From contig JAYUVP010000301.1 in the NCBI GenBank assembly GCA_043753995.1, forward strand, positions 1 to 27,634: a stretch of DNA of 27,634 nt, read 5' to 3'. Origin of the DNA: Fibrobacterota bacterium (lineage in GTDB: Bacteria > Fibrobacterota > Fibrobacteria > UBA11236). Each line of letters starts with the position of its first letter. Position 1 is the stretch's first letter. Under the pieces are notes generated by a model. That model saw only the letters and a list, made by a program, of their open reading frames with translations. It made no database searches and was not told the origin of the DNA. This document shows positions 8,962 through 18,104 of this stretch, piece after piece. The position numbers and the translations under genes are program-made.

Positions 8962-10499
8962 TGCGCCGCTCCATGGCCTGGCTCCTTTTGGGAGCCTTGT
9001 TGCTCGCCCTCGCCTATCCGCCCATACCCCTTGGGCTACTCGCCTTTGTGGCCTTGGTGCCCATGTTTTTGGGCACGGTGGGCTTGAAGCCCGGTCAAGC
9101 CTTCTTTCGCAATTTCCTCGCGGGTTTGCTTTTCAATACCGCGATGTATTGGTGGATATACAATGTCATCGCGGTGGGCCCGGGACTGGCCATCGGGGGT
9201 GGGCTCTTATTGCTCGTGCTTTTCCTCTCGCTTTTCAATGGCTTGCAGGGATGGCTTTTCCGCATGTGCCTTGAATTCCGAGGCGGACTTTGGTTTTTCC
9301 CATGGCTATGGGCCGGGCTGGAAGTGGCGCGGGCTTATGGGCAAATGTCTTTTCCTTGGAATACCCTCGGCTATGCTTTAGGCCAAGAATTGCCTTTAAT
9401 TCAGGCCGTGCGTCACTTCGGCGTCTACGGACTTTCAATGGCGATCGTCGCCGTGAATCTTTTGCTTTATGTCGCTTGGCGAAATAGGGGAAATCGCCGA
9501 TGGGCAGTGGCATTCGCTTCGGCGGCATTGGTGATACCCATGGCTTTGTGGGCCGATGGCCTCCTGCGCTTGCATAAACCCACTCCAGCCGAGCCCAGCC
9601 TGGATATTGCCTTGGTTCAGCCATCCATACCGCAAACCAAGAAATGGGAAGAAGCCTATTTCGTTGAAGTGATGCAAAAAACCTGGAATGCCATGGATGC
9701 CTTATTTGTGGATCCCAAGGGCATTGATTTGGTTGTCTTGCCGGAAACAGCTATTCCGGATTTCATCCGTACTCGCGGAGAAGTCGTTAAGTCTTTTCAA
9801 AGCCGAAGCGATAGCCTGCGCTCACCGATTTTGGTGGGCGCTCTCGACTATGTCAATGAAAAGAAACCTTGGCGCGAATATGTCTTTTACAATTCGGCTT
9901 TTCTGTTTCAACCAGGCCGGGATTCGCTCCAGCAATACAGCAAATTGCGTTTAGTCCCCTTCAGCGAAAAGCTTCCCTTCGACAATGTTTTTCCCGTCAT
10001 CAATTATGTGAATTTGGGAGAAGGCGATTTTTCCGAAGGCAAGGGTCAGGTGGTCTGGGGCGGCGACACGGCCTATTCCCCATCGATATGTTATGAAGTG
10101 ATTTATCCCGAGCATGTGCGCGAGGCCCGCCATTTGGGCGCGAAAGTGCTGATCAATATCACCAATGACGGTTGGTTCGGACGCAGCAATGCGCCTTATC
10201 AGCATGCCAATATTGCTCGCTTTCGCGCCATCGAAGTCGGCGCTCCCCTTGCCCGCGCGGCCAATACCGGCATCAGCGTTTTTTACGATTATCGCGGACA
10301 GGATTTGGGGCGTACCCGCTTGATGCAAAACACGCTTTTACGCCGCTCTTTGCCGCGCTATCAGGAAAGCACTTTTTATTTGCGTCACGGCGATTTTCTG
10401 GAGTCGCTTTGGCTGTGGTCTTTCTTCGGTGGCTTTATTGGACTCGCAGCATTCGCGGCCTGGAAAAAACGCGTGAAGACTAGACGCGCTTCAACTTGA
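8961..10499 (+). CDS. lnt: Apolipoprotein N-acyltransferase
   Basis: N-terminal TM helices and FPWNTLGY. Nitrilase triad motifs LPETA, YSKLRLVPFSE and ICYE, plus NITNDGWFG and RAANTGIS. TGATG overlap with rsmI. Confidence 0.96.
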   Translation: MRRSMAWLLLGALLLALAYPPIPLGLLAFVALVPMFLGTVGLKPGQAFFRNFLAGLLFNTAMYWWIYNVIAVGPGLAIGGGLLLLVLFLSLFNGLQGWLFRMCLEFRGGLWFFPWLWAGLEVARAYGQMSFPWNTLGYALGQELPLIQAVRHFGVYGLSMAIVAVNLLLYVAWRNRGNRRWAVAFASAALVIPMALWADGLLRLHKPTPAEPSLDIALVQPSIPQTKKWEEAYFVEVMQKTWNAMDALFVDPKGIDLVVLPETAIPDFIRTRGEVVKSFQSRSDSLRSPILVGALDYVNEKKPWREYVFYNSAFLFQPGRDSLQQYSKLRLVPFSEKLPFDNVFPVINYVNLGEGDFSEGKGQVVWGGDTAYSPSICYEVIYPEHVREARHLGAKVLINITNDGWFGRSNAPYQHANIARFRAIEVGAPLARAANTGISVFYDYRGQDLGRTRLMQNTLLRRSLPRYQESTFYLRHGDFLESLWLWSFFGGFIGLAAFAAWKKRVKTRRAST

Positions 10500-10517
10500 T
10501 TTAGGCCTCGGGAATCC

Positions 10518-10847
10518 TTAAGAACCCGCAGGTGCTTCCAAGTTGAGGCCGATGCGTACTTCTTTCCAGTATCGAATCATTTTGTCGCGAATGTCTTCAG
10601 GAGCCAGCCCCGCCAAGGCTTCCTTCATGGCCCCCACTTCGATCAATTCATTATGGCTGCCACCGCATTCGACTAGGCCCACCGGCCCACCGGAATAAAT
10701 GAGATTGCAAAAATTGAAGGAGCATTGAATGAAATGGCGACCGGAAACCGCCACGTTTTCCGAAAGGAATTCGCGGCCTTGGACGATTTCCAATTTAGGT
10801 TCGGGCCTCAGGGTATTTTCGGGAGAATTTTCAGAATCAGAAGACAT
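10518..10847 (-). CDS. Hypothetical protein (109 aa)
   Basis: ATG lies 9 bp after the panB stop and the ORF fills the gap to lnt. Patterned segment F..E.V.VSGRHF..C.F..C.L.YSGG. Confidence 0.7.
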   Translation of the reverse strand: MSSDSENSPENTLRPEPKLEIVQGREFLSENVAVSGRHFIQCSFNFCNLIYSGGPVGLVECGGSHNELIEVGAMKEALAGLAPEDIRDKMIRYWKEVRIGLNLEAPAGS

Positions 10848-10856
10848 AGGCGCAAA

Positions 10857-11612
10857 TTAGAAAGACGCTGGAAAGGTTTTAGCGCGAACGGCTTGAGCAT
10901 AACGAGCAAGGGCTGCGCTGGCCTCTTCTCCCACGGCACCAAAGGCTTTGGCGAAGGGAGGCAGGGCGCGCTCATTCAAGCCTAGAATGTCATGTAAAAC
11001 CAAAACCTGTCCATCGGTGCCGGGCCCAGCTCCGATGCCTATGGTGGGACAGGGCAATTTCTGAGTGAGGGAGGCTCCGAGTGCGGCAGGGATATGTTCT
11101 AGGACCACGGCACACATGCCTTCCGCCGAAAGGGCGAAGGCATCCTGAAGCAATTGGGCTTCTTCTTCGGGATTGCGGCCCACCTGCTTAAAGCTTTTGG
11201 CAGTTTGTGGCAATAAGCCCAAATGGCCGACCAGGGGAATGCCAGCGGCGCGTATGGCGGCAGCGCTGTTTATTTTCGCGCCTTCGATTTTCACCGAATG
11301 GGCTCCGGCCTCGATAAATCGGCGAGCCTGCTTCACAGCCTCTTCGGGAATTTCATCGGAGCCAAAGGGCATGTCGGCGATGATATGGGTATGCTTGGCA
11401 CCCCGCGACACCGCACCTACGAAGAGAAGCAAGGCTTCCATCCCGATTTCCCGTGTCGAATTTAATCCAAGCACCACATTGGCCGCCGAGTCGCCGACTA
11501 AAATGGCATCCACGCCTGCGCTTTCGGCGCGGCGAGCAAAGGGGGCATCATAAGCGGTGACCACCACCATGGGCTTGTTTTTGAATTGAGTGAATTCAGA
11601 GGCGGGTATCAT
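10857..11612 (-). CDS. panB: 3-methyl-2-oxobutanoate hydroxymethyltransferase
   Basis: Motifs TAYD, ILVGDS, ADMPFGS, VKIEG, GHLGLLPQ and TIGIGAG..TDGQVLVLHDILG. ATG 11612 has GAGGAG 7 nt upstream. Confidence 0.97.
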   Translation of the reverse strand: MIPASEFTQFKNKPMVVVTAYDAPFARRAESAGVDAILVGDSAANVVLGLNSTREIGMEALLLFVGAVSRGAKHTHIIADMPFGSDEIPEEAVKQARRFIEAGAHSVKIEGAKINSAAAIRAAGIPLVGHLGLLPQTAKSFKQVGRNPEEEAQLLQDAFALSAEGMCAVVLEHIPAALGASLTQKLPCPTIGIGAGPGTDGQVLVLHDILGLNERALPPFAKAFGAVGEEASAALARYAQAVRAKTFPASF

Positions 11613-12579
11613 GTAAAAACTCCTCATAACGCAGAGGACGTTCGGGAACGTTCTCCAAGTGAAAATGGGGAAGCAAGTCAGAAGCGTGACGGAGTCCGCC
11701 TGCTTTCATGCCGAGTTGTTCCGCGAAAAAACGCAAGACTTGATTGCGGTCCATTCCCACACGGCGCATGGCTTGCAAGCTCGGCGCGCCATCGGACTTG
11801 GATAGCTTGTCCTCGCCATGTTGAATCAAGGCATGATGCAGAAAATAAGCCTTGGGGAAATTCAGGAGTCTCAAGGCTTGGGCCAAATCCAATTGCGCAC
11901 CCGTTGAAGGCAATAAATCCATGCCGCGCACGATGAAATTGATGCCGAGATTTTCGTCGTCAAGTACCGAAGCCAATTGATAAGCGACTTCGCCGGAACG
12001 GCCTCGAATCACAAAATCACCGATATCGCGACCAGGATGCAAAGGCAATGATTTCTCCTCGGGGGCGCGGGCCATCACCTGGGTATTTTCCGGGATATGC
12101 CAACGAAGCACTGCTTCTCGCGGCCTGGCGTCACCTTTGGCTAGTTGTCCTAAACCCGCGCGATTTGGGTAACATGTGCCGGAATAAAGGCCGGGAGTCA
12201 ATCCCCGGAGGGCAGCATGGCGTCTCACGTCTTCGCGGCTGCAATAGCATTCGTAAATCCGGTCGGCATGGGCTTCACGCAAGGCCTGCAATCCTTGCTG
12301 ATGCCGACCTGGCGCGCTGCCGCTTTCGCGATCATTCCAAAACTCCGAGGCGCTGGCCGGACCAGTATCCCAATCCAAACCAAGCCATTGTAGGGATTCG
12401 AAGATGTCTTCGACATAGGCGGGCCGCAGGCGATCGCCGTCATAGGCATCGATGCGCAAATGTATGCGTCCGCCAGCTCGGCGCGCCGCCAACCAGGTGA
12501 TAAAAAAAGACCAGGCATTGCCCAGATGCAGGTAACCGCTAGGTGTCGGTGCGAAACGCGTGCGTAAGACCTGGGGCAT
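11596..12579 (-). CDS. gluQ: Glutamyl-Q tRNA(Asp) synthetase-like protein (GluRS catalytic domain only)
   Basis: RFAPTPSGYLHLGN, Zn motif CYC...YSGTC, GDFVI, AYQLASVLDD, IVRGMDL and KLSKS. At 327 aa it lacks an anticodon-binding domain. Confidence 0.8.
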   Translation of the reverse strand: MPQVLRTRFAPTPSGYLHLGNAWSFFITWLAARRAGGRIHLRIDAYDGDRLRPAYVEDIFESLQWLGLDWDTGPASASEFWNDRESGSAPGRHQQGLQALREAHADRIYECYCSREDVRRHAALRGLTPGLYSGTCYPNRAGLGQLAKGDARPREAVLRWHIPENTQVMARAPEEKSLPLHPGRDIGDFVIRGRSGEVAYQLASVLDDENLGINFIVRGMDLLPSTGAQLDLAQALRLLNFPKAYFLHHALIQHGEDKLSKSDGAPSLQAMRRVGMDRNQVLRFFAEQLGMKAGGLRHASDLLPHFHLENVPERPLRYEEFLHDTRL

Positions 12580-12580
12580 A

Positions 12581-13345
12581 TCAGGCCGACTCCAGCAGGG
12601 ATTGATAAACTTCCACTGCTTTCAATCGGCGCCCTTCGCCGGCATGGCGTTGTAAAAACGCCCAAAGAAAGGCTTCCGCTGCTGCCGCTGTTTTTCGCGA
12701 AGGCAGAGAGGCCCAAGCCCCCAGCCGATCGCATTGCTCGATAAAGCGCGCAGCCTCCGATGACAAAGGCAAGGTTGCCCCTTCCTCGCGGCGGCATCGG
12801 GAACAGACGGGCCCACCCATATCGGTATGCATGCGCAGGCGCGAGTCCGTGACCTCGGCGCCGCAATGCACGCAAGCATGAAATTGCGGGGTATAGCCGC
12901 TGAGATGGCAAAAGCCGTGCAAAAAATCGATGGATAGCCGCGTCAAGTCGCTGATTTCAGTAGAACCATTCAAACTTTGCAAATGCTGCAAGAGCCAATC
13001 AAATCGCTGCAAGGATTCGCCCGTCCCGGGTGACAAACGCAAATAGGTTTCGAGCCAAACTTGTCCCAAGGCCTGTTTCAGTGGATGGGTACGCAAATGC
13101 CTCAAGTCCTCAATCAAAGCGGCATCATGCAAGGTGAGTATTTCGCCCCGTACCAAGGCAGGATGCACCCACTCCACCACCACGAAAAAATCGGCCAAGC
13201 TACGAAATTTGGATCGCGCATTACGCGCACCCTTAGCTATCAAGGTCACCAATCCCGATTCGGCGGTATACACCTTTAATATCAAGCTGGTATCGCTATA
13301 CGGCGTACGCTGCAATACCAGGCCCGATGATTTGATAGTGGCCAT
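12581..13345 (-). CDS. recO: DNA repair protein RecO
   Basis: N-terminal OB fold (GLVLQRTPYSDTSLIL..YT...G....IAKGAR) and a C4 Zn finger (GYTPQFHACVHCG...GGPVCSRC). Confidence 0.92.
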   Translation of the reverse strand: MATIKSSGLVLQRTPYSDTSLILKVYTAESGLVTLIAKGARNARSKFRSLADFFVVVEWVHPALVRGEILTLHDAALIEDLRHLRTHPLKQALGQVWLETYLRLSPGTGESLQRFDWLLQHLQSLNGSTEISDLTRLSIDFLHGFCHLSGYTPQFHACVHCGAEVTDSRLRMHTDMGGPVCSRCRREEGATLPLSSEAARFIEQCDRLGAWASLPSRKTAAAAEAFLWAFLQRHAGEGRRLKAVEVYQSLLESA

Positions 13346-13350
13346 GAGCT

Positions 13351-14196
13351 TTAAAAATGATAAGCGAGAGTCCAGGCGCTACGGCCTGCCGGTTCCACCA
13401 CGGTATGAAAATAGGGTTCGCAACTCGCGGTATTGGCATTGCCCCAAATCGGAAGCCAGGCCAAAGCAAAGTCGCCGACCATCCGCACTTGTCCCAATTT
13501 CGGATGCTTTTGTTCAATGGTGAGCGGATAACCGAAGGGCAAAACGAGAGGCATAAAACCTCCGTCGGCGGCGGAGGCTTCGGGGCGGCGGCTAATCCAA
13601 CCGTCCTCATCCTGCTGCCAATGCTGGGTGGAGGGCAAACGGGTTTCCAGCGAAAAACGCCAAACCTTGAGGCCATCCCAAGGCAAAAAGGGATGGGCAA
13701 ACCAGCGAATAGGCAAGGCCTTAGCGGCTAGGTTTTCCACTTCGGTGGTGGAATACAAAATACGGTCCTTGAGTTGCAAGCGTCGGGTCAGGCGAAGGGC
13801 TTGATCTGGGTGTTCTTGCTCAGTGCGAAAGAAAAGATTTTCCGAGTCTTGGGCAATTTCCCACTTGGCGAATTCGGCGACTTCAAAATTGTCACGCACA
13901 TGAAAGGGGCGCACTGGACTGCTGCGCTTCACCTTGCCCACCCCAATCACGGTCACTTCACCGCCAACGGGTACGCTATGTTGCCCCAAGGCAATTTCAA
14001 AGACTTCAGGCAGGCCTTGGCCGTCAAAAGCATTGGTTTCTCCAGGATAACAAGGCCCGGAAAGCAATTCGCCATGCTGGCTATCTTCGATTTGCCAGAC
14101 ATATCCGCCAGCGCAATAACGAGAACCTAGCCGCTTTTGATCGGCGATGGGGTCCAAAACCAAAACCCTGAGCGATGATGAAACCAATTCGAACAT
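13351..14196 (-). CDS. Uncharacterised protein, probable galactose-mutarotase/aldose-1-epimerase-like fold
   Basis: Beta-rich pattern LTRRLQL...VENL...PIRWFAHPF...SCEPY....VEPAG...W...Y resembles the His/Glu motifs of aldose epimerases. GAGG lies upstream of the ATG. Confidence 0.6.
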   Translation of the reverse strand: MFELVSSSLRVLVLDPIADQKRLGSRYCAGGYVWQIEDSQHGELLSGPCYPGETNAFDGQGLPEVFEIALGQHSVPVGGEVTVIGVGKVKRSSPVRPFHVRDNFEVAEFAKWEIAQDSENLFFRTEQEHPDQALRLTRRLQLKDRILYSTTEVENLAAKALPIRWFAHPFLPWDGLKVWRFSLETRLPSTQHWQQDEDGWISRRPEASAADGGFMPLVLPFGYPLTIEQKHPKLGQVRMVGDFALAWLPIWGNANTASCEPYFHTVVEPAGRSAWTLAYHF

Positions 14197-14293
14197 TTCT
14201 GCCTCGCTTCGTGAATTTAATTGCCTTCTCGGCTTTCCTACTTTTTGAAGTCTGCGATGACCTCGATTATCGCACCACGAAATAGGAGACGGT

Positions 14294-15352
14294 ATGAAGC
14301 GTCAAATCGCATGGGCATCGCTTTTTACGATGGGATTGGCCGGATTATTGTTTTTGACGGGTTGCAATAAGCGATCCTCTGAACAAAATAGCTCGGCGGG
14401 CGAGGCGAAAGCCGCCGCCAAACCCCTCATTGGCTTCAGCTTGGCCGACCTCAAGGAAGAGCGTTGGCAACGGGATCGCGATTTTTTCACGGCTAAGGTC
14501 CAAGCCCTAGGTGGCGAAGTCATTGTGCAGGATGCCGCCGGAGATCCCAATACCCAAATGCGCCAATGCGATGGCCTTTTAGCCAAGGGTGTCAAGGTCT
14601 TGGTGGTGGTTCCTAAAAATGCCGATGCGGCCCGGCCTATAGTGATGGCAGCCCATGCCAAGGGTGTGAAGGTGCTGTCCTATGATCGCCTCATCGGCGA
14701 TGCCGATGTCGATCTTTATTTGAGCTTCGACAATCAAAAGGTCGGAGAAATTCAGGCCGAGGCAATCATCCAAGCAGCGCCAAAAGGCAATTATCTGGTT
14801 TTGAAAGGCGATCCCGCCGACAAAAACAGCGACATGATTCATGTTGGCCACATGAAAATCTTGCAACCTCTTATCGATCGTGGCGATATCAAGGTGGTAG
14901 CCACGCAAAGCTGCGACAAATGGCTGCGAAGCGAAGCCCAGCGCATCACGGCTGACGCTTTGCAAAAATTCTCCATCGACGCCATTGTGGCCAGCAATGA
15001 CGGCACCGCCAGCGGAGCGATTGCGGCCCTGGAAGCGAAGGGCTTGGCCGGCAAGGTGCCGATTAGCGGCCAAGATGCCGACTTGATTTCCTGCCAATAT
15101 GTTTGGAATGGAAAGCAAACCGTGACGGTATATAAACCCATTCAGAAATTGGCCGAAACCGCTGCGGAGCAATCCATGGCTGCGGCAAAGAATGGTGCCT
15201 TCGATACCACGGGTACGGTGACCCTGTCGAATGGGGGCTCACAAGTGCGAACCCTCTTTCTGACGCCCATTGCCGTGAGCAAGGATAATATGCTGGCCAC
15301 CGTGGTCGCCGACGGTTATCACAGCAAGAAAGACGTGACTGGCGAGGATTAA
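14294..15352 (+). CDS. xylF: D-xylose-type ABC transporter substrate-binding lipoprotein
   Basis: Motifs EERWQRDRD, SYDRLI, SFDNQKVG, ASNDGTA, SGQDAD and TVYKPI. Lipobox LTGC. SD AGGAG at 14284-14288. Substrate is inferred from family. Confidence 0.85.
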   Translation: MKRQIAWASLFTMGLAGLLFLTGCNKRSSEQNSSAGEAKAAAKPLIGFSLADLKEERWQRDRDFFTAKVQALGGEVIVQDAAGDPNTQMRQCDGLLAKGVKVLVVVPKNADAARPIVMAAHAKGVKVLSYDRLIGDADVDLYLSFDNQKVGEIQAEAIIQAAPKGNYLVLKGDPADKNSDMIHVGHMKILQPLIDRGDIKVVATQSCDKWLRSEAQRITADALQKFSIDAIVASNDGTASGAIAALEAKGLAGKVPISGQDADLISCQYVWNGKQTVTVYKPIQKLAETAAEQSMAAAKNGAFDTTGTVTLSNGGSQVRTLFLTPIAVSKDNMLATVVADGYHSKKDVTGED

Positions 15353-15358
15353 AACAGC

Positions 15359-16996
15359 ATGAGCGAATCCCTGGCGCCATCATCGCAATCGACTCCATCG
15401 TCGCGCCCGGCTTTGTTGGAGGCCAAAGGGCTTAGCAAAGAATATCCCGGCGTGCGCGCTTTGGACGGCGTCGATTTGCATTTGGCCCGTGGAGAAGCCC
15501 TGGGGCTTTGCGGCGAAAACGGCGCGGGTAAAAGCACCTTGCTGAAAATCCTCAGCGGCCAAATTCCCCACGGGCAATATGGCGGCGAAGCGATTTTTGC
15601 GGGCAAGCCTTTGGCTTTGCGCGGTCCCGCCGATGCCTTGAAATTGGGCATTCGCATCATTCATCAGGAATTGGCTTTAGCCCCCGCACTATCGGTCGCG
15701 GACAATTTGTTCTTGGGGCAGGAGCGATTGCGCGGTGGCCCCACCCTGCGCCGGTTATGGCCCGCAATTCATGTTGAGGAACAGCATGAATTAGCGCGAG
15801 CCCAGCTTGATAAACTCGGCTTGCAACAGGTATCCCTTCATCAACCCGTTAGGCAATTGCCCATAGGATTGCAACAAGGAGTGGAAATCGCCCGCGCCTT
15901 ATTGGGCGGCGGAGAATTGCTCATTCTCGACGAACCGACCTCGGCCTTGTCCCGCAAAGAAACCGATGCCTTGCTGGAGCTTTGTTTGCGACTCAAATCC
16001 CAAGGTGTGGGACTCATTTATGTGTCGCATAAGCTGGGCGAGGTCTTTCAAATCGCTGACCGACTCACGGTTTTACGCAATGGCAAAAGCGTGAAGTCCA
16101 TGCCTGCTCCACCCTTCTCGGCCGGAGAAGTGGCCTCCGCCATGGTCGGCCGTAGTCTGCAAGAATTTTTCCCAGCCTTGACACCCTTGCCTCCCGAGGC
16201 CGCTCCTCTTTTACGCATCGACGATTTGCGAGTCGCGGTAGCCGCCACGGGAAGACCCATCACTCATGGTTTGAATCTCGAATTGCATGCCGGCGAAATC
16301 GTCGGCTTGGCCGGACTGCTGGGTTCGGGACGCACGGAAATACTCGAAACACTTTTTGGATTGCCGCATTGGTCAGGGCAAGGCAACCTAACTTGGCGGC
16401 AAGAAGCGGCCTCTCCCCTGCCTCGCCATCCTCGCGAAGCCATGCGTCAGGGATTGGCCCTTTTACCTGAAGATCGACGGCGTCACGGATTGCTGACGGC
16501 CTTATCCCTTCGTAAGAATCACAGTCTGGCCGCCTTGGCACGCTATGCGGGTCTGGGCGGCTGGATGCGTGAAGCCCAGGAATATGCCGAAAGCCAAAAG
16601 TCCATTGGCGAATTGAACATTCGCGCCGCGCATGCCGATGTCATCGCTGCGACTTTGTCGGGAGGCAATCAGCAGAAGGTGGTCTTGGGCAAATGGCTAT
16701 TGACCGCGCCCAAAGTTTTGCTGCTCGACGATCCCACGCGCGGTGTTGATGTCGGAGCCAAGGCCGAAATTTACCGACTCATTTCCGAATTGGCGGCCCA
16801 GGGCATGGCCATCTTGTTGGCTTCCTCGGAAAATGAAGAGGTATTACATCTATCACATCGTATTTTGGTCTTGCGCGAAGGCCATGTGCTGGGCGAATAC
16901 TCCCATGGCGAACTGGGCCAAGAAGAATTGGTCGCGCTTTGCTCGGCGCCTTGGACCCCTCCCTCGCACACCTCTATGGTTCAGGAAAAAGCATGA
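15359..16996 (+). CDS. xylG: Sugar ABC transporter ATP-binding protein (CUT2, two fused NBDs)
   Basis: Motifs GENGAGKSTL, IHQEL, LDEPT, GLLGSGRTE, PEDRR, LSGGNQQKV and PTRGVDVGAK. Confidence 0.85.
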   Translation: MSESLAPSSQSTPSSRPALLEAKGLSKEYPGVRALDGVDLHLARGEALGLCGENGAGKSTLLKILSGQIPHGQYGGEAIFAGKPLALRGPADALKLGIRIIHQELALAPALSVADNLFLGQERLRGGPTLRRLWPAIHVEEQHELARAQLDKLGLQQVSLHQPVRQLPIGLQQGVEIARALLGGGELLILDEPTSALSRKETDALLELCLRLKSQGVGLIYVSHKLGEVFQIADRLTVLRNGKSVKSMPAPPFSAGEVASAMVGRSLQEFFPALTPLPPEAAPLLRIDDLRVAVAATGRPITHGLNLELHAGEIVGLAGLLGSGRTEILETLFGLPHWSGQGNLTWRQEAASPLPRHPREAMRQGLALLPEDRRRHGLLTALSLRKNHSLAALARYAGLGGWMREAQEYAESQKSIGELNIRAAHADVIAATLSGGNQQKVVLGKWLLTAPKVLLLDDPTRGVDVGAKAEIYRLISELAAQGMAILLASSENEEVLHLSHRILVLREGHVLGEYSHGELGQEELVALCSAPWTPPSHTSMVQEKA

Positions 16997-18096
16997 GACG
17001 CACCTTGGTTTTACTGGCCTCCATACCTTTGGTTTGGATTGGATTTCACTTGGGGTCCGGCGGAGCGGTTTTAACGGCTGGCAATTTGGTCAACCTTTTC
17101 AAATACCTGTCCGTGGTCGGCATCCTTTCCACCGGCATGACCGTGGTGATGGCCGCTGGCTTTATCGATCTCAGCGTCGGTTCCGCCTTGGGTTTTCTCG
17201 GGGCTATTCAAGCCTGGCTGCTCTTGCAGGGCATGGACATGACTACGTCCCTTGCCATCAGCTTGGCCGTCGCCATCGCCATGGGACTTCTGCATGGCGG
17301 CGTGGTGGCTTATTTTCGCGTGCCCCCCTTCATCGTCACCCTCAGTGGACTTATGGCCTATATGGGAGCCAAGCAATATTTGGCCAATCCGGTCATTCCG
17401 ATTCGCAATGAAACCTTATTGCTTTTAGGCCAAGGATATCTCGGTGAGGTTTGGGGCTATGGCTTAGCCCTATTCGGCGCCTCGCTCTTTGCTTATTCAC
17501 GCTGGCAACTACGCCGCAGCTTGCTTCGCCGCAAACTTTTAGCTTCGAGTCTATTTCGGTGGTCGGCCGAAACTACGGCGGCCTTCGTATTTGCTTTGGG
17601 AAGCATGGCCGTATTTCAAGCCGATCGCGGGTTACCGGTTTGCGTTTTGGCCATGGTCCTCGGCGCTTTGGCGGCGCATATCTTGACGACGCGTTTGCGC
17701 TTTGGGCGCCATCTTTATGCATTGGGCAGTAATCGCGAAGCAGCGCTTTATTCTGGATTGCCCATCTTCCGCATCACCTTGGGCGTCTTCGCAGTCATGG
17801 GTGTTTATGCCTGGCTTGCGGGTTTGGTGGCCACATCTCAACTCATGGCCGGTGCAGCGGACATTGGCGATTATCAAGAGCTTTATGCCATCGCGGCATG
17901 CGTTATTGGCGGCACTAGCCTTTCCGGCGGCAGCGGGAATGTTTGGATGTCCTTGCTTGGCGCGTTACTCATGGCCAGCATACTCAATGGCATGGAGCAA
18001 GTCGGCATACCGTCGCCCGTACAAAAAATGATACTGGGTTTGATCCTTACCACAGCTGTCGCCGTGGATCAATGGACGAGCCGGCGCGAGGCTTAG
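16993..18096 (+). CDS. xylH: Sugar ABC transporter permease
   Basis: Motifs IDLSVGS, VPPFIVTL, FGRHLYALGSNREAA and ELYAIAACVIGGTSLSGG. ATG 16993 overlaps the xylG stop (ATGA). Confidence 0.85.
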   Translation: MRRTLVLLASIPLVWIGFHLGSGGAVLTAGNLVNLFKYLSVVGILSTGMTVVMAAGFIDLSVGSALGFLGAIQAWLLLQGMDMTTSLAISLAVAIAMGLLHGGVVAYFRVPPFIVTLSGLMAYMGAKQYLANPVIPIRNETLLLLGQGYLGEVWGYGLALFGASLFAYSRWQLRRSLLRRKLLASSLFRWSAETTAAFVFALGSMAVFQADRGLPVCVLAMVLGALAAHILTTRLRFGRHLYALGSNREAALYSGLPIFRITLGVFAVMGVYAWLAGLVATSQLMAGAADIGDYQELYAIAACVIGGTSLSGGSGNVWMSLLGALLMASILNGMEQVGIPSPVQKMILGLILTTAVAVDQWTSRREA

Positions 18097-18104
18097 TAGC
18101 CGTT

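Noticed and set aside
10500..10517. Terminators at convergent junctions (10500-10517 and 18097-18104)
   Set aside because: No convincing stem-loop with a U-tract is present, so none was called.
16717..16745. Walker B LLLDDPT (Glu to Asp) in XylG as a sign of inactivation
   Set aside because: It belongs to the site that is already degenerate in CUT2 ATPases (Walker A GSGRT, signature LPIG). The other site is canonical.
16939..16992. Upstream start for the sugar permease
   Set aside because: It lies inside xylG. ATG 16993 gives a standard ATGA coupling.
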